Part shown: positions 1 to 11,117 of the stretch, in pieces
How positions within the stretch are numbered: the first letter of the stretch is position 1
Layout of the letters: each line of letters begins with the position of its first letter
From: an uncultured Pseudomonadota bacterium
GTDB lineage: Bacteria; Oederibacteriota; Muellerivitia; Muellerivitales; Muellerivitaceae
DNA: 64,000 nt
Reading direction: 5' to 3'
NCBI GenBank assembly: GCA_963843375.1
Contig: CAWJKT010000001.1
Location: 96,001 to 160,000, forward strand
Made by a program: the position numbers and the translations under genes
The notes under the pieces: model-generated
Told to the model about the DNA's origin: nothing
Seen by the model: only the letters and a program-made list of their open reading frames with translations
The model's database searches: none

Positions 1-479
1 TTCCTGAGAATTTTTCCGGACATGCGTGGGTCAATGATCTTGAGGCCGGGTATAACTTCTTTAGTATCCTTGGAACCGGTGGGGAAAAAAGAAATAGAAC
101 GGATCCACTTGAGATCGATTTCAATCCCGGACTCAGCCAGAGATGGATCCAAATCGATGACGGGGAGGGAAATTCCTCCATTAGCGGCTCAAGCGCATTG
201 GAACTTGAGATTCCCTTTATCTATCAGCTCACTTCGCGGCTCGATTTTATTTTTGATTTCACCGCCTATACCCGGTATTACGATATCCACCAGGTTCAGG
301 AAAATCAGGGCAGGGTTGACGAAGCATTCAGCTTTCCTCTGTCCCTAACCTGGACGGCGGTGCCGACTTGGAACCTTAAAATCCAAGCCACGGGCGATTA
401 CACCCAACAGTTTTCAACTGAAGCGGGTCAAGATATTCTCCAACTGGATGGGGGTATTAATTTATTGGTGGTTTTCTAA
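1..479 (+). CDS. Outer-membrane beta-barrel-like protein, 5'-truncated at window edge
   Basis: The frame of ORF 198..479 is open back to base 3 (PENFSGHAWVNDLEAGYNFF...). It has amphipathic beta-strand-like segments and ends in a C-terminal Phe (GGINLLVVF). Confidence 0.55.
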   Translation, partial: PENFSGHAWVNDLEAGYNFFSILGTGGEKRNRTDPLEIDFNPGLSQRWIQIDDGEGNSSISGSSALELEIPFIYQLTSRLDFIFDFTAYTRYYDIHQVQENQGRVDEAFSFPLSLTWTAVPTWNLKIQATGDYTQQFSTEAGQDILQLDGGINLLVVF

Positions 480-689
480 TCAACTTAGATACAAGGGGGA
501 AATGGGTTTCCCAATATGCCGGGTTTATTTTTATTCCTCGTCTTGAAAGCATAAAGAAGCAAACTCTATTCTAATAACATGCCCAGTAAGAGACGTACTG
601 GTCTTTTGGTCTAGGGATGGTGGACGAAAATACATCCTTCCATTACCCCGCCTCCCAGGAAATCCCCAGTTCGTTGAAAGGGGACGGCA

Positions 690-1475
690 ATGGATGAAGA
701 CATTAAGGTCAATATTCTTTTAGTCGATGATAAACCCGCAAACTTGATCACGTTAGAAGCTGTACTTGACCCACTTAACTGCAATATCCTGGAAGCCACC
801 TCAGGACATAAAGCCCTGGAAATAATGGAGACCACCGATGTTGCGCTGATATTGCTTGACGTCCAAATGCCCATTTTGGATGGCTTTGAGACGGCAAGAT
901 TAATTAAAAAGAAATTCTCCGATAAGAACGTGCCCATCATTTTTATTACCGCCATATACAAGGAGGATCCCTCTGTCCAGAAAGGATACGAAGTGGGTGC
1001 GGTGGATTACATCGGGAAACCCTTTGACCCTCATGTTTTAAAGGCGAAAGTGGGGCTTCATGCTGAAATGTATAAGAAAACGAAGATCCTTCAGTTACTG
1101 GAAAAACAACTTGTGGAAACGGCGAGTCATTTCAAAATGCTCTTCGATAGCGTTCCTGACGCCATTTGCACAACTTCCATCGACGGTAAAGTTACCTTTT
1201 TGAATAAGGCGATGGAGAAATGCATCGGCTATAAACCTGAAGAATGTTTGGGAAAAAAATTATCCGCCTTTTTCACCTCCAACGAGTCTCTTGATTTCTC
1301 CAAAGGATTTAAAGAAACCCTTTTTACGCGCCATTCCAATCCTGTTTTCAAGACCAAGGTCATCACCAAATCAGGAAAGCCCCGGCCCGTAGAAGTTTAT
1401 TTAAACCCCATGATTCAAGGTACGGAATTCGAAGGTGCCGTTTGTGTTGTTCGTGATCTTTCAAAATCCGCCTAA
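690..1475 (+). CDS. Response regulator receiver + PAS domain protein
   Basis: REC motifs ILLVDD, LILLDVQMP, IIFITA and DYIGKP, followed by a PAS domain (LFDSVPDAI...FLNKAMEKCIGY...VCVVRD). Confidence 0.9.
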   Translation: MDEDIKVNILLVDDKPANLITLEAVLDPLNCNILEATSGHKALEIMETTDVALILLDVQMPILDGFETARLIKKKFSDKNVPIIFITAIYKEDPSVQKGYEVGAVDYIGKPFDPHVLKAKVGLHAEMYKKTKILQLLEKQLVETASHFKMLFDSVPDAICTTSIDGKVTFLNKAMEKCIGYKPEECLGKKLSAFFTSNESLDFSKGFKETLFTRHSNPVFKTKVITKSGKPRPVEVYLNPMIQGTEFEGAVCVVRDLSKSA

Positions 1476-1590
1476 ATCGCAATATCGGTCCGGCTAGCCA
1501 TGCCTTCCCGCTCAGGGGATGATTTTGATGATGGATCGTTTTTAAATTGGGCATTGATGGGGAACCCAACACTTGAAATGGAGGTGGCGG

Positions 1591-2754
1591 TCAAGCCGAA
1601 TTCCTGATCCGGTCTTGGATTTGCCGGCGGTTTTTTGATCCCGTGGGCCTGGACGAAGCAAACCGTTTGCCTGTTAGAATCTGTGGTGTCCCGGCGCGGT
1701 CCCGGCCCATGTCTTTGGCCTGGTACAAGCTTTGGTCGGCCAGCTTGAACAACTGGCGCGCGTCCGCCCTACCGCGGCAATAACTGGAAACTCCCAAACT
1801 GATGGTCAGGGGATAAAAGTCCGGCTTCCTTCCGGGAAGGCGCGGCGGGTTCTCTCGGACCTGCCGGAGAAGGCGCTGGACCAGAAATTGTACGCTAGAG
1901 GGAGGTGTGTCGGGCAAAAGCATGGCGAACTCCTCGCCGCCGATGCGCGCCACCGTATCCAATCCTCGGACACAGCCATGTAACTGGCGCGCCACATGCT
2001 TCAAAAATTCGTCGCCGATGTCATGGCCGTGGACGTCGTTCACTCTCTTGAAATAATCCAGGTCAGCCAACACCAGGCTGCAAGAATGTCCGTTTTTTTC
2101 GCAGCGTTTGAGTTCCTCCGATAAAGCCTTCTCGAAAAAGCGGCGGTTGGAAAGCCCCGTCAGCGGATCGGTGAGGGACTGTTCGACAACCCGCTTATGG
2201 GATTCGAGGGACTGGAAGGCCAGGCCTACCTGAGTGGCGAAATTGAAAAGGGATGCTACATCCGATCGCGTGATGAGACGGCTGGCCCTTAGGTGGTCCA
2301 CGGCCAAGGCACCGATGATCTTGCCGCCCCCGACCTGGATGGGCACCACCGCAGTGCTCCGGACGGGAACGCGCTGACTATCGCTTTTATGCTGTCGTTG
2401 CGAAAGATGATTGGTGAAGAAATACCGAAAATGCCTGTTGACGATATCCGAAAAGGCGTTGGCCCCCCGGCGGCGCACAATAGGAAAGCGGTCCTTGTTT
2501 TTCTCGAAGCGTCCCAGCTTGTCGACCCCCATGGCTAAGGTCATGGAGCGGCCTCCCGGATCCAAAAGGAAAATGCCGCATCGTTTGAAACCCAGGCCTT
2601 TCTGTACGGATCGAATCGTCAACTTAAACAGGGATTCCATGGAGATGCCCCGGCGCATACCGGCCATGACGTGTTGGTACATCAGCACTTCCTGGCCCAA
2701 AAGTTTTTCATGTTGACGAATACGAAGCAATTGGTCGTCGGTTAGAGAATGCAT
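1591..2754 (-). CDS. GAF-domain diguanylate cyclase (GGDEF)
   Basis: TDPLTGLSNRR, DLDYFKRVNDVHGHDIGD, RGLD I-site and GGEEF active site, with an N-terminal GAF-like domain. Confidence 0.93.
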   Translation of the reverse strand: MHSLTDDQLLRIRQHEKLLGQEVLMYQHVMAGMRRGISMESLFKLTIRSVQKGLGFKRCGIFLLDPGGRSMTLAMGVDKLGRFEKNKDRFPIVRRRGANAFSDIVNRHFRYFFTNHLSQRQHKSDSQRVPVRSTAVVPIQVGGGKIIGALAVDHLRASRLITRSDVASLFNFATQVGLAFQSLESHKRVVEQSLTDPLTGLSNRRFFEKALSEELKRCEKNGHSCSLVLADLDYFKRVNDVHGHDIGDEFLKHVARQLHGCVRGLDTVARIGGEEFAMLLPDTPPSSVQFLVQRLLRQVRENPPRLPGRKPDFYPLTISLGVSSYCRGRADARQLFKLADQSLYQAKDMGRDRAGTPQILTGKRFASSRPTGSKNRRQIQDRIRNSA

Positions 2755-3178
2755 ATTTCCCCCTAATGAATCTTCAAAGGTTGAGGTAAACGGGACCTAA
2801 GATTTGGCTAAGGCCGTTGAACTAAGGCAGGGTCACAACCCTATTGGTTTCCCGTTTAACCCAAAAAGATAAAAGCATTTTCATTGGTGATGGCCTTTCG
2901 TTCCTTTTTGAAAATGGCGGACTAAAAGGGAATCCTGCAAGGCTACCAATGGTTTTTATTTAAATTGTAAAATTTTTTGGAAGAGAACCTTGGGTCAACC
3001 CATTAACAATACATTTTGATATGAGAGAACCATAGGCCCTTGGTTTTAGGACAAAACCGATAGGGGCATCTATCGGGATCATTATACTACCAAAACCCAT
3101 TTTGGGGCTTTGATTTTATTTGTTTGAAAGGAACTAGGTGATGGAGCTGAGATTAAACTAACATAAAGGGAAAGTTCC

Positions 3179-3581
3179 TTAGTTATTGGCGTTTCTGTTT
3201 CGATGAATGGTGTAATAACACAAGGAATCTATCAATCGATCCCCGTCCAACTCGTCCTTGGCGAGGTAGTCCTGGCACCCATCGCGATAGCCTTGAGGAT
3301 CATCTTTTCGTCGTAAAATCCGGTTAGTATGATGATGATGTATACGGGGTAGCTTTTTGGACTTGGACAAGGGTTTCCAAGCCATAAGTTTCCGGCAGGC
3401 AAAGGTCCAAAAGGATAACGTCGATTTCTTCCTCGGAAAGCTGCTTTAATGCGTCCTGGAGGCAAGGTTTATGCACCAATTCAAACTCGTTATTTCCATG
3501 CCGCTTGAAAATCTCCCGCATTAAAACCACATCGCCTGGGTTGTCTTCAACCAGCAGGACAATTCCCTTTCCAGCTTTCAT
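3179..3581 (-). CDS. Single-domain response regulator receiver (two frameshifts; error or pseudogene)
   Basis: Joined from three frames: VLLVEDNPGD...VILLDLCLP / IIILTGFYDE...AIAMGA / QDYLAKDELDG. Confidence 0.75.
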
Positions 3582-3868
3582 AAGATCCGCCTTTGGCCGA
3601 AATGCCGTTTCGTTTCTAACCGGACGCGGTGTTTTCCGCGCGGATTAAACCTATCATCCGGAAATTTACTTTTTCAAACGGTATTCGAAAAAAAAACAAA
3701 AATTAAATTGAGTAATTTTAGAAACCGTTTAACACTTTTGGGATAAATATCGGGATAACTTTTGGAGATTTTACAAATGTGCAACAGGCCACAAGGAACC
3801 GAATTGAAAACAGGAAAGAGGAACGAAACTGTTTATTATGAATTGGAGTTTTGAAGAGTTGCCGCAAT

Positions 3869-5210
3869 TTAAGGTTTGCGTTCCTTCAACACCATGGGCA
3901 TTCCGTTCCTAGGCCTCAGGGTTATGGACGGAAAGAGTTCCAACTTGAAGTTTGCTACCGTGCGGGGTGCCCATCGTTGAGCAAGGGCTGCCAATACTAA
4001 AACCCCTTCCATCCAGGCAAAAGGTTCTCCGATGCATTGGCGGGGTCCCCCGCCAAAGGGGAAATAGGTGAAACGGGGGCGGGTGGTCTTGGCCTCGGCT
4101 GTGAACCGCTCCGGGTCGAATTTTTCAGGGTTCTCCCAATAGCGGGGATCCCGGTGCATCAAATATTGGACCATGTTGACGATGGAACCTTTTGGAATGT
4201 CGTAACCCCCGATTTTCGTCGCGTGAATGGCCTGGTAACCCAGGGCCCAGGCCGGGGGAAGAAGGCGCATGGATTCGGAAAAGACTTTTTCGGTGTAACG
4301 CAATTGGGGAATATCCTCCATCCGGGGCGCTCGGCCGCCTAAAACCCTGTCCAGTTCCTCATGTAGTTTGGCCTCGGCTTCCGGGTTTTGGGAAAGCAGG
4401 TACCAAGTCCAGGTCAGGGCATTGCCGACAGTTTCATGGCCGGCCAAAAGCAGGGTCATGGCTTCGTCCCTGACCTGGGCATCGGTCATCCGGCTTCCCC
4501 CATGTTCTCCGTCTTCGGAAAAAAGCATCATGGAAAGCAGGTCCCCGTTGTCCGTTCCCCTTTGGCGGTGTTGGTCGATGATCCGGAATACAGTTTTGTC
4601 CAACTGACGGCGGGCTTTTCTTACCCTTAAAGTTTTGGGCAGAGGGAAGCTTCGGCCAAAGAGTGGGGAAGGGGCGGTACATCCAGTCCTTGAAGACCCT
4701 CATGGCCGTACCCAGGGCTTCGTCGATATCACCAGCTTCTTCTTCCAGGTTCACCCCGAAAAGCGCTTTACCCACAATGGCTAGGGCGATGTGCATCATC
4801 TCTTCGTTAATGTCCAGGGTTTGGCCGTCTATCCATTCCCGGGTCAAGCCCTGGGCCTTTTCCACCATGATTTCAGCGTAGGAAGCAACTCTTTGGCGGT
4901 GAAAAGCTGGCTGTATGAGGCGGCGTTGGTGTTTGTGGATATCCCCTTCACTCGTGAGAAGCCCATCGCCAAGAATGGTTTTGGTGATTTGAAGGGCGGG
5001 TTCCTTTTGGAAATTCTGGGGCTGGACGCTGAGGACTTCCTGAATCAGGTCGGGGTGGTTCAAAAGGTAAGCCCGCCAGGGGCCTACCTTGAAACAACAA
5101 ATATCCCCATGGGCCCGGGTGGCGCGGGTGAGAAAACCCAGAGCGTCCCTGGAAAATTCGAAAAAGAACTCGAAGGGATAACGGGCTCTAATGATAGGAG
5201 GTTCGATCAA
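3869..5210 (-). CDS. Cytochrome P450 (one frameshift near 4610)
   Basis: LLAGHET I-helix, ESMR (ExxR), FDPERF and the heme ligand motif FGGGPRQCIG. The N-terminal half is in ORF 4434..5210 (GDGLLTSEGDIHKHQRRLIQPAF). Confidence 0.93.
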
Positions 5211-5241
5211 GGCGGACCATTCGGAAGTTTATCGAAAGAGA

Positions 5242-5823
5242 TCAGTCGACGAAGAAGCCGATTCCCGCCTGGATGGGAATAAAGATGGTGGGATTATCCG
5301 TCGTCCCGGCCGGCCCATTTACGGGAGTAAAGTCCATGTCGACCCTTCCTTGAAGGAACAGGGCGGCGGAGTCCCCGACCTTGAACAAAATTCCTAAGCC
5401 TGGGGCCGCCATAAAATCCGTTTGGTTATTGGCAGAAGTAATATTGGAGTAAGAGTTAATAGCCACTCCCAAGCCCAGGAAGAGATAGGGCCTTATGTTT
5501 TCGTGGGTAAGGTTGAATCTAACCACGCCCAATAGGGGAACATAGGAGAACTCCCTGTTTGTTCCCGTCGGTTCTTTGGAAAGATCATATTGGTAATAAC
5601 CCGAGGCTATAGCGAGGGTGAAGGTGTGGTCTAAACGGTATCCTATGGAAAGATCCCCCCCGAAACCCAAGTTTAAGCCTTTTGAGGCATTCGTGCTGAA
5701 AGGCAGGGATAAACTGCCGTCAGCGGTTTCGGTCCATCTTTGGTTGGCCGATATGTCATCGGTATCCGCAAGGACCATCCCAGGCAAAAGCATCAATAAA
5801 GCCAACCACAATCCCTTTTTCAT
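5242..5823 (-). CDS. Small outer-membrane beta-barrel protein (OmpA/OmpW-like fold)
   Basis: Signal peptide MKKGLWLALLMLLPGMVLA, IRPYLFLGLGVA strand and aromatic C-terminal strand QAGIGFF. Confidence 0.7.
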   Translation of the reverse strand: MKKGLWLALLMLLPGMVLADTDDISANQRWTETADGSLSLPFSTNASKGLNLGFGGDLSIGYRLDHTFTLAIASGYYQYDLSKEPTGTNREFSYVPLLGVVRFNLTHENIRPYLFLGLGVAINSYSNITSANNQTDFMAAPGLGILFKVGDSAALFLQGRVDMDFTPVNGPAGTTDNPTIFIPIQAGIGFFVD

Positions 5824-5938
5824 GGTTTTGTCCTCGCAGTTTTGGTTTATACGACCCTGCTGTACCAGTATAGATAAGAACAACCTGAAAAAGAAATGAT
5901 GGGCGTCTAAAATAAATATATATTAAGAAAGGGGCGGT

Positions 5939-6490
5939 ATGAAAAAGATCAAGTGGCTGTTGCTTTTACCGGTGTTTTTCATGATGGGTTGTCCAAAGTC
6001 GCCGACCTCTCCAAATGCAGCCTTGGTGGAGAACCCGTGGAACGGTACTTATCTTACCGGTTTCAACAATGTCATCACCAGTTCGGGCTTTTATGTCACA
6101 CCCTACCCGGGGAGCACGATGTCCAGCGTGGTTATATGGCTGTTGGTGAACCAAAATGGAAACTATACCTATAACTTAACCGTCACGGATTCGGCCTATA
6201 CCGGCAGTGTGATCGGAACCGCTTCCAGTGGAGCGGTTTCCCTGCTGAACAACGACATCTATCAGCCGGTGACTTTCACCTTCGGTGGCAATCCCGGTGT
6301 AACCAAAGGTCACACGGTTGATTTTGTTGTGAACGCCACCAGCAGCCCCTCGGGTTCTACCACTTCTTATTGTCCTCAAGCTTCCGGCAGCGATAACATC
6401 AATATTGAATTGACGAACGGAACCACCTCAACCACCCCCGGGCCCAACCAGGGCATCGGCGTCGGGGTCGTGATCAACGGCAACAGTTAA
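5939..6490 (+). CDS. Hypothetical lipoprotein, beta-rich
   Basis: MKKIKWLLLLPVFFMMGC lipobox-like signal, followed by a T/S/N/G-rich mature region. Confidence 0.7.
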   Translation: MKKIKWLLLLPVFFMMGCPKSPTSPNAALVENPWNGTYLTGFNNVITSSGFYVTPYPGSTMSSVVIWLLVNQNGNYTYNLTVTDSAYTGSVIGTASSGAVSLLNNDIYQPVTFTFGGNPGVTKGHTVDFVVNATSSPSGSTTSYCPQASGSDNINIELTNGTTSTTPGPNQGIGVGVVINGNS

Positions 6491-6625
6491 ACCCCTGGCG
6501 GCCGCGTTGGAAGTTTAAAATTCTTTCCGCTTGATCCCATTAAAACTTTCGTCCGTCTTCCGGCTATGGATGGACCTCCGCCTCGTGCTAAACTAAACCC
6601 CTGATTATCATTCCCAAGGATCATC

Positions 6626-7813
6626 ATGATTTATTTCGACCATGCCGCCTCAGCCCCATTGAATGAAAAAGTCCTCGAAGCCATGATGCCTTACCTTCGG
6701 GAGGACTTCGGCAATCCCTCCAGCGTGCACGCCCCGGGCCGGGATGCCCGCAACGCCATTGAGCGGGCGCGGGAAAAAATCGCTGAAACCTTAAACGCCG
6801 ACTCGCGCGAGATCATCTTCACCAGTGGCGGCACGGAAAGCGTGAACACCGTCCACAAAGGCGTCACCTGGGCTTTCCACGGCAAGGCCCGGCACATCAT
6901 TATTTCTTCTATTGAACATCATTGCGTCCTGGAATGTTCCGAGTGGCTGACCAACCAGGGCATCGCGGTGACCGAGATTCCGGTCAATTCGGAAGGTTGG
7001 ATCGATCCCAAGGACGTCCAAAAAGCCATCCGTCCAGGCGAGACGGGGCTTATTTCCATTATGGCCGCCAACAACGAGGTGGGCACCATTGAGCCCTTCC
7101 AGGAGATCGGCCGTATGGCCCGGGAGCAGGGCATCCTCTTCCACACCGACGCCGTCCAGGGCTACGGCAAAATTCCCATTGATGTGCAAAAAGGCCACAT
7201 CGATTTCCTGTCCGTGTCGGGGCATAAAATTTACGGGCCGAAGGGCGCGGGTTTTGTCTATCAACGCAAGGGCCTGGAGATGGTCCCCTTGATCCACGGC
7301 GGGGGACAGGAACGGGATCGACGGGGTGGCACGGAAAACGTGGCGGGTATTGTGGGGCTGGGCGAAGCGGCCCAGCGAATCTGCGGCGAAATCACCGAGC
7401 GGGATCGTCTTCGGATTATGACGGACCTTTTCCTGGAGGATTTGAAAAAAAAATTACCGGAACTCAGGGTGAACGGCCCCGAAAAATCTGACCGGCGGGT
7501 GCCGGGATTACTCAACCTCTCCTTCCCGGGCATTGAGGGAGAGAACCTCGTCCACAGCCTAGACGCAAAAGGCTTTGCGGTTTCCTCTGGGGCGGCTTGC
7601 GCGGCGGGTTCGGCCCCGCCATCCCATGTCCTCATCGCCATGGGACGTTCCCCCAAAGAAGCCAAGCAGGGGTTGCGCTTCAGCTTCGGCCATTCCAATA
7701 CCAGTGACCAAGTCCAGCAATTGGTCCAGGTTCTTCCGTCCATCCTGAATGGCCTGAGAATGATGTCTTCATTTTTGGATGACGACGACGTCAAACCCAA
7801 ATCTCCCAAGTAA
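6626..7813 (+). CDS. iscS: Cysteine desulfurase (IscS/NifS group I)
   Basis: IYFDHAAS, GNPSSVH, FTSGGTES, HTDAVQ, SGHKIYGPKG (PLP lysine), RGGTEN and SSGAAC (catalytic Cys). Confidence 0.92.
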   Translation: MIYFDHAASAPLNEKVLEAMMPYLREDFGNPSSVHAPGRDARNAIERAREKIAETLNADSREIIFTSGGTESVNTVHKGVTWAFHGKARHIIISSIEHHCVLECSEWLTNQGIAVTEIPVNSEGWIDPKDVQKAIRPGETGLISIMAANNEVGTIEPFQEIGRMAREQGILFHTDAVQGYGKIPIDVQKGHIDFLSVSGHKIYGPKGAGFVYQRKGLEMVPLIHGGGQERDRRGGTENVAGIVGLGEAAQRICGEITERDRLRIMTDLFLEDLKKKLPELRVNGPEKSDRRVPGLLNLSFPGIEGENLVHSLDAKGFAVSSGAACAAGSAPPSHVLIAMGRSPKEAKQGLRFSFGHSNTSDQVQQLVQVLPSILNGLRMMSSFLDDDDVKPKSPK

Positions 7814-7976
7814 TCCCTTCTGTGGCAAATAAAAGGGAAAAACCTCTCCCCGGCGCTTTGATTAAAAGAGATAAAAACAGTAGTTCGGGTTAAAATAAGT
7901 CGGCTTTAAACCTTTTGTTTCTGAAAAATCCGTGACTTTAACGCTTTGATCAATCCAATCTCAATGGGAAGAGTTA

Positions 7977-9229
7977 ATGTTCAAAATTAAATGGAAAAGC
8001 ATGTTGCGGATTGCCCTTTGGATGGTCTTACCCTTTGCCGCTAGAGCGCAAAACGGTGTCAGCCCCACGGAAATCCTCTTGGGTCAGTCGGCCGTTTTCA
8101 AGGGACCTGCGGCAGGCTTGGGAACGGAACTCTGGCGGGGCTCCCAGGCTTATTTCGATAAAATCAATTCCGAGGGTGGCGTTAATGGCCGCCAAATCCG
8201 AGTGATCAGCCTGGATGACGGTTACGAAGGGGACACGACCCTTTCCAACACCGTTCAGTTGATCACCCAAGACAAGGTTTTCGCCCTTTTTGGTTACGTG
8301 GGAACTCCCACCCTGTTGAAGGCCCTTCCGGCCATCAAAGAGCATGAGTCGGAGGGGATTTTCCTTTTCTCCGATTTCACCGGTGCCCAGCCCCAACGTG
8401 AAGCTCCCTACGATAAGTTGGTTTTTAACGTGAGGGCTTCCTACCGTCAGGAAACGGCGGCAATCGTGAAGAATTTTGTGAAACTGGGCCTGACAAAAAT
8501 CGGCACCTTCATCCAAAACGACGCCTACGGGAATTCAGGCGCGGACGGTATTAACCGGGCCCTGCAAGCCAGGGGCATGACCATCGTGGCCGAGACCACC
8601 TATGAACGCAACGTCCCCTACAACACCAGTATGGAACAGCAAGTGTCTGCCCTGAAAGCCGCCGGCGGCCGCAAGCGGTCATCGCGGTGGGCGCCTATAA
8701 CCAATGCGCGGCCTTTATCCGCGACGCCCGCAATGCCGACTGGGACGTCCCCATAGCCAATCTCTCCTTTGTCGGAGCCGACCAGCTATTGAGCAAACTG
8801 TTGGTTGAGGAAAAGACCTCGGGCAAAAAGTTGACGGCTCACCTTGTGAACTCCCAGGTAGTTCCGTCCTGGTACGACACCTCCAATCCTTTGGTCCAGG
8901 AATACAGCGCCATGATGGACCTTTACGACCCCAAGCTTCCGGCCAACCTTATGGACCCGAACTACAAACCAGCCAAGTATAGTTTCGGATCCCTGGAAGG
9001 GTATCCTCAACGCGAAGCTTTTCGTGGCCATTCTCAAGAAAACACCGCCCGAACTAACTCGGGAAGCCTTCTTGAAAGCGGCGGAGGAGATGCGGGGCTC
9101 AGGAGATAGGGAACGGGTTCTCCCTTGTCCTTCTCTCCGGCCAACCACCAAGCTTCCAATCAGGTTTTTTTCACCACGGTTCAAAACGGCCAATGGGTGC
9201 CTTTGAAAGATTGGACGGAGGTCCAATAG
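7977..9229 (+). CDS. Periplasmic binding protein, LivJ/branched-chain (Peripla_BP_6) type, several frameshifts
   Basis: Signal peptide, GVSPTEILLGQSA, INSEGGVNGRQI...LDDGY, VFALFGYVGTP, NVRASY and QNDAYG. It continues in ORFs 8687.. and 9024.. to a TAG at 9227-9229. Confidence 0.8.
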
Positions 9230-9334
9230 ACCCCCGAGCCCGTCCAGTGGGGCTTGAAGGCGGCGGGAGTTAAGAATCCCAACCTTCCGCCAGAAACAAA
9301 GGAAATTTATGCCGGACTCACCGACCCGCAAATC

Positions 9335-11037
9335 ATGAAATTAAAACACCGCCTCGTCCTGAGCGTCGGAAGTTTTTCCGTGACCATGGCCCTCATCGTC
9401 TGCCTGGGGTATTTTTTCGCCACCCGGGCTCGCCCAGAGCCGTCCAGGATATCTACGAGGAAACCAACTCCAAGACCATCATGGCCATCAATCTTTCCAA
9501 CGCCTATTCTCAAAGTATCGTGTCGCTGATCCATAAGCTGGCATTGGGGGTCTATCCCTGGAATCTGGCCGAAAATCAGCTGAGGGCCATCCGCAAGACG
9601 ATCCGCGACAATGTGGAGTCCCTTCAAGCTTCGCCCATGGATTCGGATGAAAAGCAATTGCTGGATGATGTTTCCAGCAAAATGGACTCCGCCAACGCCA
9701 TCGTGAAGGAACTGGAAACCATCATCCGGAAAAAGGACAAGGAAGGTCTGCAATCCCTAACCCAGAGGCTTTATCCCTCGGTCGAGCCCGTGGGCTACAG
9801 CGTCCAGCAGTTCCTGGATTATGAGCTCAACCGCAGCAAGGACTTGGTGGAAAGCCACCGCCGGGACTTCCGGTCCTCTTACTTTTGGATTGCCTCCACC
9901 GCCCTGGTCGCGGCGCTGGTCGTTTCCATCCTGGCGGTTTTACTCCTTCAACATTACATTTCCGGCCCCTTGAGGCAGGTGGCGGACCGCATCCGCAATA
10001 TCGTCAAGGGAAATGGGGACCTGACCCGGCGCGTGGAAGTCCGCAGCGACGATGAAATCGGGGAGGTGGCCAGGGCCTTTAATTCCTTCGCCGATATGCT
10101 CCAGGACATGCTTTTGAAGGTGTCGGAGGATTCCAAGCATCTCTCCGAACAAGTCCAAAGCATGACCCATTCCACCGCCGAAGTTTCGGCCATGAGCGAT
10201 GACGTGACCACCACCATCCAACAAATCGCCAAGGGTGCGGAGGAACAAGCCGTCAAAATCGGCGAGGTCAACCATTTGATGCAGGAAGTGCAGGAAACGA
10301 TGCAGGAAGTGGAAAAGAAGGCCCATGAAACCTCCCAAGCCGTGGACCAGGCCACTCAAACAGCCCGGGTGGGCGGCAATCTGGCCCGGGGCACGATCGA
10401 CAAGATGGTGGAACTAAATGGAATCATCCTCCAAAATTCGAAAATGGTGGGTCATCTGGGCACCAAGAGCAAGGAAGTGGGCGGGGTGGTGGAGATCATT
10501 TCCAATATCGCCGAACAGACCAACCTGCTCTCCCTGAACGCCGCCATCGAAGCGGCCCGGGCCGGGGAACAGGGCCGGGGCTTCGCAGTCGTGGCGGACG
10601 AGATCCGCAACCTGGCGGACGGTTCCCGAAACGCGGTCCAGGACATCACCAACTTGGTCCAGGAAATGCAGGATGAAACCAACGCTGTCATTAAATCCAT
10701 TGAGAAAAGCTCCGCCGAGGCCGAGATCGGCAAGGAAAGCATCCATCAAATGGAAAGCGCGCTGGAAGGGATTGTGACGGTCATCGAAAACGTGGTGGAA
10801 CACAGTAAAAGCATCAACCAAATGATCAAGGCCCAGTCCCAGCGGTTCACCAAGATCGTCCACAGCATCCAGGACATCAACGCGGTTTCCGAGGAATCGG
10901 CCGCTTCCACCGAGGAAGTTTCGGCCTCCACTGAGGAACAATCGGCCAGCATGGAGCAGGTCAACGCCACTTTCAAGGAACTGTCGGCGATGTCCCAGGA
11001 ATTGAAATCCATGGTGGAAAAGTTTAAGATTCGCTGA
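9335..11037 (+). CDS. Methyl-accepting chemotaxis protein (frameshift near 9435)
   Basis: TM - helical sensor - TM, a HAMP domain ([23 protein letters not shown]) and the MCP signature [34 protein letters not shown]. Confidence 0.93.
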
Positions 11038-11117
11038 CGAAAAACCGCCCCCGGCGGTACTCGTCAACGCCTTCTCCCTGTTATTCAATGTCATCAATTC
11101 AATTTAAGGAGCCTTTC

